Part shown: positions 63,799 to 64,000 of the stretch, one piece after another
Position numbering within the stretch: position 1 is the first letter of the stretch
How the letters are laid out: the number at the start of each line of letters is the position of its first letter
Assembly (NCBI GenBank): GCA_044376115.1
Contig: JBILLK010000021.1
Coordinates: 96,001-160,000 of the forward strand
Direction: 5' to 3'
Origin: Polyangiaceae bacterium
GTDB lineage: Bacteria; Myxococcota_A; Polyangia; Polyangiales; Polyangiaceae
DNA: 64,000 bases
Position numbers and translations under genes: made by a program
Notes under the pieces: generated by a model
Seen by the model: the letters and a program-made list of their open reading frames with translations, nothing else
Database searches by the model: none
What the model was told of the DNA's origin: nothing

Positions 63799-64000
63799 AT
63801 GATTCCCTTCTACTTCGGTACCTCTTCTCTCCCGCTCTTCGGAGCTCACAGCCCCCCCAGCAAGGGGGCGCGAGACTCCGCCGTCGTGCTCGTCCCACCC
63901 ATGGGTCAAGAGGCCATCCGCGCCCACCGCGCGATCCGACAGCTCGGGCTGCGCCTTGCTCGCGAGCGCTTTCACGCCCTGCGGTTCGATCTTCGCGGGA
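63799..64000 (+). CDS. Alpha/beta hydrolase (serine aminopeptidase S33 / exosortase-associated hydrolase-like), 3' truncated by window edge
   Basis: MIPFYFG...AVVLVPPMGQEAIRAHR...LARERFHALRFDLRG read manually; starts 6 bp after the PKS-NRPS stop. Confidence 0.7.
   Translation, partial: MIPFYFGTSSLPLFGAHSPPSKGARDSAVVLVPPMGQEAIRAHRAIRQLGLRLARERFHALRFDLRG

Overview
High-GC window, most likely from a myxobacterium (Polyangiales-like). The basis for that is the many Gly-rich/Cys-rich lipoproteins, MYXO-CTERM-like C-terminal tails, a DUF2330 protein and ferritin-like lipoproteins. The first ~33 kb is a patchwork of housekeeping and accessory genes: SurA-type PPIase, OsmC, M14 peptidase, Kup, HutH, TauD-type dioxygenase, a HipA-like kinase/DUF3037 pair, and an AAA-ATPase/nuclease. 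The main signal is a complete retron locus at ~33.4-40.6 kb: an unknown ORF, a WGR-like/HEAT-repeat protein, a SWIM zinc-finger protein, a ~250 nt structured ncRNA and a retron reverse transcriptase with a long N-terminal extension. The ncRNA has long a1/a2 inverted repeats, a candidate branching G at 38422, msr hairpins and a long msd hairpin. The layout matches type XIII (Mx162-like) retrons but carries several unusual domain additions. The last 13.6 kb begins a hybrid NRPS/PKS cluster: formyltransferase-A(luciferase-like monooxygenase insert)-PCP, then KS-AT-KR/DH-ACP-C-A-PCP, then a truncated alpha/beta hydrolase. I also found a perfect 30-bp direct repeat flanking a beta-barrel gene, two small ORFs missed by the ORF track, and a recurrent -10 box 6-7 nt before start codons that suggests leaderless mRNAs. 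All family calls come from reading motifs by eye; no database searches were run.
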